Both the position numbers and the translations under genes were made by a program. Under the pieces are notes generated by a model. It ran no database searches and had not been told where the DNA came from. It worked only from the letters and a program-made list of their open reading frames with translations. A stretch of 64,000 nt of DNA from contig OZ243975.1 of NCBI GenBank assembly GCA_965214785.1, forward strand, positions 708,914-772,913, written 5' to 3'. Source of the DNA: Arenicellales bacterium (GTDB lineage Bacteria; Pseudomonadota; Gammaproteobacteria; Arenicellales; JAJDZL01). This document shows positions 35,833 to 48,312 of this stretch, piece by piece (position 1 is the stretch's first letter; every line of letters starts with the position of its first letter).

Positions 35833-38800
35833 ATTGAGTTTTGTACATTTACGCGTCCGGACTGAGTACTCATTAGTCGATAGTATTATCAGGGTGAACG
35901 AACTGGCGAGCTATGCGGCCGAGCTTCGCATGCCAGCTGTGGCCGTTACAGACTATCAAAACATTCATTGCGCAATCAAGTTCTACACAGCTTGTTTAAG
36001 TACTGGTGTAAAACCGATTATCGGTGCTGAAGTCATTATTGAAGACGACTTGCGACCTGAACATCCGTATTCACTTGTGATTCTGTGTCAGAACTTAAAG
36101 GGCTACCGATCGTTGTGTGCTCTGATGAGCAAAGCGCAAGTGAAAAATGCCGCGGTTGCCGAAAGCGCCCCTCATATTAAACGTTCATGGCTAAGTGCCG
36201 ATTGTGTAGAAGGCATGATCGCACTGTCAGCTGGACAGTCAGGAAACATTGGGCACTACCTTTGCCGGAACAAATTAGACCAGGCAGCAGATGCGCTTGA
36301 CGGATATCGAAACATCTTCGGTGACCGGTTTTACCTGGAACTCTCACGCGATGGACGCGAACTCGAAGCTATGCACAATAAACTGGTTCTCGATCTGGCG
36401 CAAGAGACAAACACACCGGTTGTAGCAACCCATCACCCGCGATTTTTACTGCAAGATCAGTTCGACGCACATGAATTAAAAGTGTGCATCCAATCCAAGA
36501 CGAGTCTGTCAGACTCTAACCGCTCAACTGCTTATACGGAAGATCAATACTTCAAGTCTCACGAGCAGATGTCAGAGCTATTCTCGGATTTACCTGGTGC
36601 AATACAAAACACACTGGAAATTGCCAAACGGTGCAATCTGCATTTCGACATTGATAAAACGCATATGCCTGCGTATCCAATGAAAATACAAGAGCCAACT
36701 ATTGATGATCATCTGGTAAAGATGAGTCAAGACGGGTTGGCGGAACGATTTGAAGGTTTGGCCAATGAGGAGTATAGCGAACGTCTTAATCACGAACTCA
36801 ACATTATTCGTAAAACCGAGTTTGCCGGTTATTTTCTAATCGTTGCAGACATCATCGGCTGGGCGAAGTCCGAGAATATCCCTGTTGGACCTGGACGAGG
36901 ATCTGGCGCCGGGTCCCTGGTTGCATATTGTTTGAAAATTACGGATGTCGATCCGATTGAACATGATTTGCTTTTTGAGCGCTTTTTGAATCCTGAGCGG
37001 GTTTCACCTCCTGATTTTGATATTGATATATGCATTCACGAAAGAGAGCGAGTCATTGAGTATGTGGCGCAGCGATATGGCAAAGACCGGGTCGCACAGA
37101 TTGTCACTTACAACACCATGGCAGCCAAGGCAGCAGTTAGATTTGTTGGTAGAGCGATTCGTCCGGACTACCTGTATTACGATGCACTGGCGCGGATGAT
37201 CCCCGATGATCTGAACATCACGCTGAGCGACGCACTCGAAAAAAGTCCAGAGTTGAAAAAACGACACGAAGCAGAATCTCGCGTAACTGAACTTTTTGAT
37301 TTCGCATTGCAACTCGAAGGAATGATTCAAAACATAGGCAAACATCCAGCCGGACTTGTTATTGCTCCTTCTGGAATAACTGACTTTACCGCCATATTTC
37401 TAGATGGAGAAACCGGAGGGGAGATCACCCATTTCGACAAATATGATGTCGAGTCTATTGGTCTTGTCAAATTTGACTTTCTTGGACTGAAAACGCTTAC
37501 GATTATCGACGAAACACTAAAAAGCCTGAAACGAAGAAATATTCCAGACGTTCCGCAATCCAGTGAATTGATTCCCAAAGATGACCCGCAGACTTATCAA
37601 TACATCAGTACGGGAAGTACGATCGGTGTATTTCAACTTGAAAGTAAAGGAATGCAGCGACTGATATTGTCGATGCAGCCAAGCCGGTTCGATGATCTCG
37701 TTGCATTACTTGCATTGTTTCGTCCCGGACCTTTGCAGAACAAGATGGATGATATCTATATAGAAAACAAAACATCCAATGACTACAAACTGATAAACGA
37801 TGACCTTAAGACTATACTTGAGTCTACATACGGAGTCATTTTGTATCAAGAGCAAGTCATGCAAATCGCTCAGGTCATGTCAGGATATTCACTCGGAGAG
37901 GCGGATATCTTACGCTGGGCGATGGGAAAAAAGGTCAAAAGGGAAATGGAAGTGCAGCGCATTCGTTTCGTTGACGGTGCGCAGAAAAACGGTTATTCAC
38001 ACAAGATCGCAACCCAGGTGTATGACCTCATCGAGAGTTTTGGCGGATACGGATTCAACAAATCGCATTCAGTCGCCTATGCTTTGCTTGCTTATCGAAC
38101 CGGGTACTTGAAAACTCATTATTGCGCCGATTTTTTATCTGTGTGCATGACCATCGACAATCGAATTGAAGCGATTACAAAAATGTACTCCGATGCAGTC
38201 AATCAGCACATTACTATTGTCCCGCCAGATATCAACCAAAGTGAGTACGGTTTTAAAGCAATTGATGATCGCAATGTTCTTTATGGATTAGGTGCATTGC
38301 GGCAAATCGGTCATCCGGTCGCCGATGCAATTGTCGCGGCACGTGAATCTGGTGGGAAATTTACCAGTGTGCTTGACTTTTGCCAGCGGGTTGATTTGAG
38401 TTATGTCGGCAAAGCCGCCGTCAATGCCTTGATTTGTGCAGGTTCGTTTGACAAAATTGAATCCAACCGAGCGCAGTTGTGCGCTTATCTGGACCAGGAC
38501 TATGGGTTAGCATTAAAACAGGTTGAAGAACGCGAGCACGGTCAAATGAACATGTTTGGCAGCGAAGAGCTTGCACAGCCCAATGGAAGAAGTCCAGTGC
38601 CACAATGGTCACTCGCCAAAAAGCTTCGGGAAGAATACAGAATTCTTGGCCTTTATGCGAGTGGACACCCACTTGAAGTATACAAAAAAGAATTGCGCTC
38701 TTTGGACACGCTCCATAAAATCAGTGAGCTCGAATCGAACTCCCAGAATGCTCATATTTGCGGCTGGGTGTCAAATCTACAGACAATTGCATCCAAAAAA

Positions 38801-39280
38801 GGTGGATACAATGTTTACTTTGACTTAAAAGACTTAACTGGAGAGATATTCGTAACCATATATTCTGAGACATATTCTGCAGGCGCAAACAATATCACAA
38901 ACAATCAGATGATACTGGTTTCGGGGACATTGTCTCAAGAACGGGAAAATCTGCCTAAAAGGTTCGTTGCCAATGCCTATTTCGACTTGCAATGGCTGCG
39001 AAGTTCACCAAGTGCCTGTTTGGTAATTGAACTTGATCACAACAACTGCTGCGCTGATTCATTGTTACAAGCCAAACGGCTTATTGAGAGTAACAGTCAG
39101 GGTAAACAGGCTATAGATATCAGATACCAGTCAAAATGCGGATATAAGACGCATTACTCATTGGGTGACGATTGGAGAGTCAACATGAATGAAGATTTTA
39201 TCAACTCACTAAAAAGTATATTCGGGGAGTCTTCAGTTTGTCCGAATTATTCGAATGTGCAGCTTCACGCACACCGATAG
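35825..39280 (+). CDS. dnaE: DNA polymerase III alpha subunit
   Basis: 1151 aa. The PHP domain N-terminus reads FVHLRVRTEYSLVDS, followed by polymerase core and OB-fold regions. TTG start (35825, or alternatively 35834). Confidence 0.95.
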   Translation: MFELSFVHLRVRTEYSLVDSIIRVNELASYAAELRMPAVAVTDYQNIHCAIKFYTACLSTGVKPIIGAEVIIEDDLRPEHPYSLVILCQNLKGYRSLCALMSKAQVKNAAVAESAPHIKRSWLSADCVEGMIALSAGQSGNIGHYLCRNKLDQAADALDGYRNIFGDRFYLELSRDGRELEAMHNKLVLDLAQETNTPVVATHHPRFLLQDQFDAHELKVCIQSKTSLSDSNRSTAYTEDQYFKSHEQMSELFSDLPGAIQNTLEIAKRCNLHFDIDKTHMPAYPMKIQEPTIDDHLVKMSQDGLAERFEGLANEEYSERLNHELNIIRKTEFAGYFLIVADIIGWAKSENIPVGPGRGSGAGSLVAYCLKITDVDPIEHDLLFERFLNPERVSPPDFDIDICIHERERVIEYVAQRYGKDRVAQIVTYNTMAAKAAVRFVGRAIRPDYLYYDALARMIPDDLNITLSDALEKSPELKKRHEAESRVTELFDFALQLEGMIQNIGKHPAGLVIAPSGITDFTAIFLDGETGGEITHFDKYDVESIGLVKFDFLGLKTLTIIDETLKSLKRRNIPDVPQSSELIPKDDPQTYQYISTGSTIGVFQLESKGMQRLILSMQPSRFDDLVALLALFRPGPLQNKMDDIYIENKTSNDYKLINDDLKTILESTYGVILYQEQVMQIAQVMSGYSLGEADILRWAMGKKVKREMEVQRIRFVDGAQKNGYSHKIATQVYDLIESFGGYGFNKSHSVAYALLAYRTGYLKTHYCADFLSVCMTIDNRIEAITKMYSDAVNQHITIVPPDINQSEYGFKAIDDRNVLYGLGALRQIGHPVADAIVAARESGGKFTSVLDFCQRVDLSYVGKAAVNALICAGSFDKIESNRAQLCAYLDQDYGLALKQVEEREHGQMNMFGSEELAQPNGRSPVPQWSLAKKLREEYRILGLYASGHPLEVYKKELRSLDTLHKISELESNSQNAHICGWVSNLQTIASKKGGYNVYFDLKDLTGEIFVTIYSETYSAGANNITNNQMILVSGTLSQERENLPKRFVANAYFDLQWLRSSPSACLVIELDHNNCCADSLLQAKRLIESNSQGKQAIDIRYQSKCGYKTHYSLGDDWRVNMNEDFINSLKSIFGESSVCPNYSNVQLHAHR

Positions 39281-39335
39281 CGATAACATTCTGATTTGAA
39301 ACTGTACACTTGACAAATCACCACAGGGCAATCCA

Positions 39336-40292
39336 TTGAGCACTACTTTTCTGGAATTTGAGAAATCAATCGCGGAAATCAATGCCAAGATTGAAGAGCT
39401 TCGGCGCGTAAACGACAATTCGGAAATTGACCTGTCTGATGAAATTCGTCGTCTGGAACTGCAAAACATACAGCTGACCAAATCGATTTTTTCTTCATTG
39501 ACGCCGTGGCAGATTACTCAATTGGCACGTCACCCGCTTCGTCCGTACACACTGGACTATATTGAGCGCATTTTTACTGACTTTCAGGAAATGCACGGAG
39601 ATCGAGCCTATGCAGACGATGCTGCAATCGTCGGTGGGCTGGCTCGTTTCAACGGGATCGGTGTTGCGGTAATCGGCCATCAAAAAGGCAGAGATACCAA
39701 TTCCAAACTTACTCGCAATTTTGGCATGCCCAGACCAGAAGGGTATCGCAAGGTTCAACGTATTGTCGACCTGGCTGAGCGATTTTCACTGCCGATTTTT
39801 ACTTTTATAGACACCCCTGGAGCATACCCGGGAATTGGCGCAGAGGAAAGGGGACAGTCTCAGGCAATTGCTTCGAGCTTGCTCGCGTTTATTCAGACAC
39901 AATGCCCGATTATTACTTCGGTAATCGGTGAAGGGGGCTCTGGCGGAGCGTTGGCAATCGGTATCGCAGACCACATCGCGATGCTCCAATACGCTACTTA
40001 TTCTGTCATTTCACCAGAAGGCTGTGCATCGATTCTATGGAAAGACGCAGGCAAGGCTGAAGAAGCCGCTGCAGTAATGGGGCTTACCGCCCAGGCTCTG
40101 CTGAAACACCAATTGATCGACGCAGTCGTCAATGAGCCTCTCGGCGGCGCACATCGGGATTATGATTTTACCGCAGCGAATTTAAAGCGTGAGTTAGAAA
40201 GCGGATTGCAAACCCTGTCGACCTGTACCGTCTCTGAACTTCTAGATAGAAGAAATCAGCGCTTGATGTCGTATGGGGAGTTTACACAATAG
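39336..40292 (+). CDS. accA: Acetyl-CoA carboxylase carboxyltransferase alpha subunit
   Basis: 318 aa. (M)[22 protein letters not shown] aligns with the E. coli AccA N-terminus. Confidence 0.95.
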   Translation: MSTTFLEFEKSIAEINAKIEELRRVNDNSEIDLSDEIRRLELQNIQLTKSIFSSLTPWQITQLARHPLRPYTLDYIERIFTDFQEMHGDRAYADDAAIVGGLARFNGIGVAVIGHQKGRDTNSKLTRNFGMPRPEGYRKVQRIVDLAERFSLPIFTFIDTPGAYPGIGAEERGQSQAIASSLLAFIQTQCPIITSVIGEGGSGGALAIGIADHIAMLQYATYSVISPEGCASILWKDAGKAEEAAAVMGLTAQALLKHQLIDAVVNEPLGGAHRDYDFTAANLKRELESGLQTLSTCTVSELLDRRNQRLMSYGEFTQ

Positions 40293-40357
40293 TCTGCAAG
40301 TTCAAAACAGATGCGATTACGGCAGAATCTACCAGTTGAGCCAAGTATCGCAAAACA

Positions 40358-41716
40358 GTGAACAGTCTTGATTCGGAAACTTTCTTTGATCATCTTACGG
40401 ATATTGTTCCCGTAGATCAAAACTCCTTGATTTCAGTTGCCTTTAGCGGTGGTATCGACTCTACGGTATTGCTTCATCTGTTAAAACGCGCACAGGGCGA
40501 AAACCGATTCAAACTGAAGGCATTGCATGTTGACCACGCTATCGATCAACAATCGAAGATGTGGCATGATCATTGCAAGGATTTTTGCCGCTCGATTGAT
40601 GTTCCGTATCAACATACGAGGTTGGCATGGCCAGACAATAAAAAGCAATATGGCGAACATGAAATGCGCGAAGCGCGTTTCGACTGGCTCCGAAAAAAAG
40701 TCAGTAGAGGCGACTTGCTGATGACCGCACATCATCTAAACGATCAGGCGGAAACGCTCTTGCAGAATCTAATGCGCGGGTCTGGCGCCAGAGGTCTTTC
40801 AGCTATTCAGGAAGTGACACCATTTGGAAACGGACAACTGGTTCGTCCCATGCTGAATTTTTCAAAGGAGCAAATTTGCAAGTATGCAGCCGAACACAAT
40901 TTGTCTTTTATCGAAGACCCGGCAAACTTGGACCTAACCTACGATCGAAATTACATTCGTCATGTCATCATCCCTTCACTAGCGAAACGGTGGCCTGCTG
41001 CAGCAACACAGATTGCGCGTTCTGCATCGTATCTGACAGATGCAAGATCGATGCTAGAACAATTAGGCAAAATAGATATGGAGGCATGCGCTTCGAAAGG
41101 CGGAGGTTTTTTCGCCATAGGATATCAGTTGAGCGTAGAGCGCATAAGGGATCTTGAGCGATCACGACAGATAAATCTTATTCGATACTGGACACGAAGT
41201 TTCGACCTTGGAGAACCTGGCCGAAACTCACTTGACAATTTAATCGACTCAGTGATTCGAGATGGTGCGAGATACTATGAACTCAGCGGGTTAAATGGGT
41301 ATCGAATCTGTTGTTATGGTGATAACCTTTATCTAACATCAGACAATAATATTGACACATCTGAAATTAAAATCCCTTGGGATTTGAAACAGGCGCTGTA
41401 TGTTCCGCAACTGGAGTTGAATCTTGTGCCTGTGACAACATCAGGTGATGGCATTGCAATTGGGACAGATGATGAGATCTTCACCGTAAAGTTTCGAGTC
41501 GGAGGAGAGCGTATATTGTTACCAGGCGCTGAGCACTCATCGTGCCTGAAAAAACTCTTCCAACATCACCGGATTCCGCCGTGGGAACGCAATCGGCTGC
41601 CGTTAATCTACCGAGGTGATGTGTTGGTTGCTGTAATTCCATGGCTATATGCTTTGCGCTCAAATGCAGGAACTGCAAAGCGAACCGTGAAAGTTTCCGC
41701 AGATTATTTATTCTGA
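40358..41716 (+). CDS. tilS: tRNA(Ile)-lysidine synthase
   Basis: 452 aa. It has the PP-loop motif AFSGGIDSTVLLH and lies in accA-tilS synteny. Confidence 0.9.
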   Translation: MNSLDSETFFDHLTDIVPVDQNSLISVAFSGGIDSTVLLHLLKRAQGENRFKLKALHVDHAIDQQSKMWHDHCKDFCRSIDVPYQHTRLAWPDNKKQYGEHEMREARFDWLRKKVSRGDLLMTAHHLNDQAETLLQNLMRGSGARGLSAIQEVTPFGNGQLVRPMLNFSKEQICKYAAEHNLSFIEDPANLDLTYDRNYIRHVIIPSLAKRWPAAATQIARSASYLTDARSMLEQLGKIDMEACASKGGGFFAIGYQLSVERIRDLERSRQINLIRYWTRSFDLGEPGRNSLDNLIDSVIRDGARYYELSGLNGYRICCYGDNLYLTSDNNIDTSEIKIPWDLKQALYVPQLELNLVPVTTSGDGIAIGTDDEIFTVKFRVGGERILLPGAEHSSCLKKLFQHHRIPPWERNRLPLIYRGDVLVAVIPWLYALRSNAGTAKRTVKVSADYLF

Positions 41717-41994
41717 AACAATTAATGCACGCAAAACGGTTCTCGTCAATCCGCTTCAGGCAATTGGAGTGAGAGGTTTGTACACCGTGCAGATCATGAT
41801 TGTTTCAAGTCAGTCATCGGCAATGATCAAACCTCAATTCAGCTTTGTCAATTCACGACAATCACAAGTGCCATTTTTTAAAATTCTGTGAAATCACTGC
41901 CGCAAATGTGGTAACCTATTCATCCGTCCAACTTGCTTTTCCTTTAGCAGGTAAACACAGTTCTGTATCTATTTAAATTGCATCGCTGAAGTAA

Positions 41995-44477
<2,483 letters not shown>

Positions 44478-44495
44478 AAGCCCGTTTGAATTACT

Positions 44496-45776
44496 ATGAA
44501 CCGAATCACTGAAGTCAGTGCTATCGAAATTCTCGATTCGCGCGCAAATCCAACCGTTGAAGCTGAGGTAAAACTCGACAGCGGTCACGTTGGACGAAGT
44601 GCCGTCCCCTCAGGGGCTTCAACCGGAATTCGTGAGGCCGTTGAATTGCGCGACAACGATAAATCACGTTATTTGGGCAAAGGTGTCCTTAAAGCCATCG
44701 CGAATATTAATGAAAAGATCGCACCAGCAATTGTTGGTATGGACCCGTTTGACCAGTCTAGGCTTGATCGTGCATTGATTGAACTTGATGGCACGACAAA
44801 TAAGGAAAATCTAGGCGCCAATGCCACACTTGCAGTATCCATGGCGACGGTGAGAGCAGCGGCAAGTGCTGCCAAGCTGCCTGTATACGATTACCTTGCC
44901 AATGGAACTCGAAAAACTCTACCGATTGGACTTTTCAACATTCTAAACGGCGGGGCTCACGCGAACAATAATATTGATTTTCAGGAATTTATGGTTGTAC
45001 CGCTTGGTATGGCCAGTTTCAAAGAAGCGTTGCGCTGTGGTGTAGAAGTGTATCACTCGCTAAAAGACATTCTGAATCGTTCCGGCTTCAGTACTGCTGT
45101 AGGTGATGAAGGTGGATTTGCGCCCGATCTGCAATCAAATGCTCAAACTTTAGAACTTGTCTGTGAAGCTATTGATCGAGCTGGATACGAACCTGGCTCT
45201 CAAGTTGGAATTGCACTTGATGTCGCTAGCTCAGAATTGTATCAAGATGGTAAATATCTTCTGTCGTCTGAAAATCTGTCATTAACTTCTGATCAGATGG
45301 TCGATTATTTGGAACAGCTGTGCCAGCGGTTTCCGATTATTTCTATAGAAGACGGGATGGGTGAAACAGACTGGCAAGGATGGAAGACACTCACAAAACG
45401 CCTCGGTAAAAAAGTACAATTAGTAGGCGACGACGTATTTGTCACAAATCCTGAGATATTGAAATCCGGAATCGCGTCTATGGTTGGCAATGCAATTTTG
45501 ATTAAACTGAATCAAATCGGAAGCGTTACCGAGACTTTGGATGCCGTCAGGATTGCTCAGGACGCAAATTATGGAGTTGTTATCTCTCACCGTTCTGGTG
45601 AAACAGAAGACCCCTTTATCGCTGACTTCTCAGTAGCCACTGGTGCAGGCCAGATTAAAGCTGGCGCACCATGTCGTGCTGAAAGAACCTCCAAGTTCAA
45701 CCAACTGCTTCGAATCGAAGCAGCATTAAAAGATGAAGCATTTTTTCCACAATCGCTGACCCAATCATTGAGATGA
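44496..45776 (+). CDS. eno: Enolase
   Basis: 426 aa. Motifs are [23 protein letters not shown] and LLRIE. Confidence 0.97.
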   Translation: MNRITEVSAIEILDSRANPTVEAEVKLDSGHVGRSAVPSGASTGIREAVELRDNDKSRYLGKGVLKAIANINEKIAPAIVGMDPFDQSRLDRALIELDGTTNKENLGANATLAVSMATVRAAASAAKLPVYDYLANGTRKTLPIGLFNILNGGAHANNNIDFQEFMVVPLGMASFKEALRCGVEVYHSLKDILNRSGFSTAVGDEGGFAPDLQSNAQTLELVCEAIDRAGYEPGSQVGIALDVASSELYQDGKYLLSSENLSLTSDQMVDYLEQLCQRFPIISIEDGMGETDWQGWKTLTKRLGKKVQLVGDDVFVTNPEILKSGIASMVGNAILIKLNQIGSVTETLDAVRIAQDANYGVVISHRSGETEDPFIADFSVATGAGQIKAGAPCRAERTSKFNQLLRIEAALKDEAFFPQSLTQSLR

Positions 45777-45780
45777 AAAA

Positions 45781-46134
45781 ATGAGAAGAAATCGTCAAGT
45801 TCGAAGGTCAAATTACAATTGGCAATTGATGCTGATATTTTTATTTGCAGCTGCTAATTTGCAGTATTCATTTTGGTATGGTGACAATTCCGTATCATCC
45901 CTTAAACAGAAGCACCAACTAATCGCAACTGAGAAAGATGCCAACGAAAAACTCATTGAAGTCAATAACGTTCTAAAAGCAGAAGTAATCGACTTAAGAG
46001 ACGGCAGCGAAACGATGGAAGAACGGGCTCGCAGAGAACTTGGACTGGTTAAATCTGACGAAAATTTCTATCGCATCATTGAAGCGGATTCGGATCCATC
46101 TTTACAAAGTTCACAGCGATCTGAAAATCAGTGA
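45781..46134 (+). CDS. ftsB: Cell division protein FtsB
   Basis: 117 aa. It has an N-terminal TM helix, then a coiled coil, then EERARRELGLVKSDENFYRI. It follows eno, as is typical. Confidence 0.85.
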   Translation: MRRNRQVRRSNYNWQLMLIFLFAAANLQYSFWYGDNSVSSLKQKHQLIATEKDANEKLIEVNNVLKAEVIDLRDGSETMEERARRELGLVKSDENFYRIIEADSDPSLQSSQRSENQ

Positions 46135-46216
46135 TTTGAGTTGGTTAGAGTCGCACCAAACTTACCACACTTAAGTCGAAACTCACAAACCAGGTTACCG
46201 ATTAAATTGGTAACTA

Positions 46217-47137
46217 TTACGATGTGTTTTTATTGAGTTGCGGAATTGTATAGGGCATCTGATCGACACTAAGACGTATTGGTGTTGCGTTTTCGAGTTT
46301 CAATTCATTCGCACCAAGAAATCTCAGCGGTAAAGACACCAGCAGACGCTGAGTTCCATCGTCATGTTCAAGCTGTGACTCAACAACCGTTCCAGTCTGA
46401 TTTCCCGGGATGTCCGAACATTCGATTTTAGTCCCAACGGTGATAGTAGTTGCCGACTCGCAAGTTGCCTGAAACATTCTGTGGTTAACGCCACCTTTGT
46501 AATGCAGTCTGGCGACAATCTCTTGTCCAGGGTAGCATCCTTTGACAAAACTGACCGCACCAATTAAGTCCAGATTCACAGCTTGCGGCACATACTGTTC
46601 GTGGTTTGCTTTCCTTATCCATGCAATGGCGGCATAGACATCCTGTAAAAACCAGTTGGCGGCTTGTGGTTGAATATTATGAGAACTGATGGATTTTTCA
46701 TTCGCCAGTATGACAAATCTCTGAGATCTTCCGGGTAAACGCACAGTTTTACATTGGTGATACAAACCTGTTTCGAGATCATTGTCAGGTAATTGAACAT
46801 CAGATTCTATGCTGTCAGCAGCACCTTGAATCCCATATGCTGTCATACCACACAACGTCTGGATGTCGACTTTATCCCGAAAAACAAAAATTTTCAATCG
46901 ATTCACAAAATCATCGACAAGATCGCTTGCTAGAATGAGGTAATAGTTATTCTCGCCATCCAAAATGATGATGAAATTAGCGATAATGCGACCTTTGGGT
47001 GAAAGATAAGCGCCGAAAGAAGCTTTCGTACTTGTCACTGCATGCATATCGTTTGTCAATTGTCTCTGAAGAAATGAAAACGCATCTTCACCAGAAATTT
47101 GAACGACAGAAAAAAAATCAAGTTGTGTAAATCGCAT
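46217..47137 (-). CDS. ygfZ: Folate-binding tRNA-modification/Fe-S cluster repair protein YgfZ (GcvT-like)
   Basis: 306 aa. It has the signature KGCYPGQEIVARLHYKGGVNHRM. Confidence 0.8.
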   Translation of the reverse strand: MRFTQLDFFSVVQISGEDAFSFLQRQLTNDMHAVTSTKASFGAYLSPKGRIIANFIIILDGENNYYLILASDLVDDFVNRLKIFVFRDKVDIQTLCGMTAYGIQGAADSIESDVQLPDNDLETGLYHQCKTVRLPGRSQRFVILANEKSISSHNIQPQAANWFLQDVYAAIAWIRKANHEQYVPQAVNLDLIGAVSFVKGCYPGQEIVARLHYKGGVNHRMFQATCESATTITVGTKIECSDIPGNQTGTVVESQLEHDDGTQRLLVSLPLRFLGANELKLENATPIRLSVDQMPYTIPQLNKNTS

Positions 47138-47486
47138 TTTTTATACAACCATTTTTACGCAATAGCTTGCCGATAAAACTCAATTAAACCAATTTACAAA
47201 AAAGTAATTGCTCGTCTTTATGGAAATAGGTGTTGTATCGTAAGGGCAAATACATTAAGCCAATGCAATCGATCATCATTTCTACGACTTGGTTAATTTA
47301 TTCTTGCAGGTAAAGGAATTGACAACAAAATTGAATCGTACAACGGCCGATCAGTACGTTGAAAGTGTTGGTTCTTGTATAGCATCGACTCGGCATGTGC
47401 AGGCTATGCCAAGGTAGCTTCTATCAAGTCATTGCCTGGCTTGGAATTGTGTCTTTTGAAATATTAAAGTGTCCAAGGTTTTAGAA

Positions 47487-47783
47487 TCATTGACCGGAAC
47501 AGCTGTTTATCTTTTTTCGGAGTGAATCAACCTGTTCGCGATTGAGTCTCGTTAACTCGACAATCTCATCGGATTTCATACCCCTTAGCAGCAATTTTGC
47601 CGCGACCTCTTCATGACCTTTTTCAATGCCTTGTTCAATGCCTTGTTCAATACCTTTTTCAATGCCTTGTTCAATGCCTTTTTTTAAACCTTCTTCCTGA
47701 AGTTCATCTATAGCTGACATCACCATCTGTTTTTCCTCTGGCGTTCTGGTTTCAAAACTCGATTTCTCTAAACGGTCGGCCAA
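47487..47783 (-). CDS. Stand-alone copy of the Rpn-like C-terminal tail domain (RpnS-like small protein), long-repeat variant
   Basis: 98-aa ORF with a TTG start and no obvious SD. MADRLEKSSFETRTPEEKQMVMSAIDELQEEGLKK(GIEQ/GIEK)x5 GHEEVAAKLLLRGMKSDEIVELTRLNREQVDSLRKKINSCSGQ is homologous to the last roughly 75 aa of the 48313-49245 protein. Confidence 0.5.
   Translation of the reverse strand: MADRLEKSSFETRTPEEKQMVMSAIDELQEEGLKKGIEQGIEKGIEQGIEQGIEKGHEEVAAKLLLRGMKSDEIVELTRLNREQVDSLRKKINSCSGQ
47619..47690 (-). repeat. 12-bp in-frame coding repeat (GIEQ/GIEK units), six units
   Basis: Plus strand: tttttcaatgcc ttgttcaatgcc ttgttcaatacc tttttcaatgcc ttgttcaatgcc tttttttaaacc. The paralogous copy at 48051-48074 has two units. 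The parental gene has EEGR-type units instead. Confidence 0.9.
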
Positions 47784-47918
47784 TGCGAGTGAATTGTTGA
47801 CTTTCGTATAAAGTCGACTTGAAATGTACAGGCTTTTACCAAAAGGCAGCTTCTATTGAAACGCTACTTATCTTGGAATTGTGTCTTTTGGAATATCGAA
47901 GTGTCCAAGGTTTTAGAA

Positions 47919-48179
47919 TCATTGTCCGGAAGAGCCGTTTATCTTTTTTCGGAGTGAATCAACCTGTTCGCGATTGAGTCTCGTTAACTCGACAATCTCA
48001 TCGGATTTCATACCCCTTAGCAGCAATTTTGCCGCGACCTCTTCATGACCTTTTTCAATGCCTTGTTCAATGCCTTCTTTCCGACCTTCTTCCCGAAGTT
48101 CATCTATAGCGGACATCACCATCTGTTTTTCCTCTGACGTTCTGGTTTCAAAACTCGATTTCTCAAAACGGTCGGCCAA
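47919..48179 (-). CDS. Stand-alone copy of the Rpn-like C-terminal tail domain (RpnS-like small protein), short-repeat variant
   Basis: 86-aa ORF with a TTG start. The sequence is MADRFEKSSFETRTSEEKQMVMSAIDELREEGRKEGIEQGIEKGHEEVAAKLLLRGMKSDEIVELTRLNREQVDSLRKKINGSSGQ. Confidence 0.5.
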   Translation of the reverse strand: MADRFEKSSFETRTSEEKQMVMSAIDELREEGRKEGIEQGIEKGHEEVAAKLLLRGMKSDEIVELTRLNREQVDSLRKKINGSSGQ

Positions 48180-48312
48180 TGCGAGTGAATTGTTGACTTT
48201 CGTATAAAGTCGACTTGAAATGTACAGGCTTTTACCAAGGCAGCTTCTATCGAAACGCTACTTATCTTGGAATTGTGTCTTTTGGAATATCGAAGTGTCC
48301 AAGGTTTTCGAA

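Noticed and set aside
46193-46214. Short hairpin (GTTACC...GGTAAC) between the convergent ftsB and ygfZ genes, considered as a bidirectional terminator.
   Set aside because: It has only a 6-bp AT-containing stem with a 9-nt loop and no flanking T/A runs, which is too weak to call.
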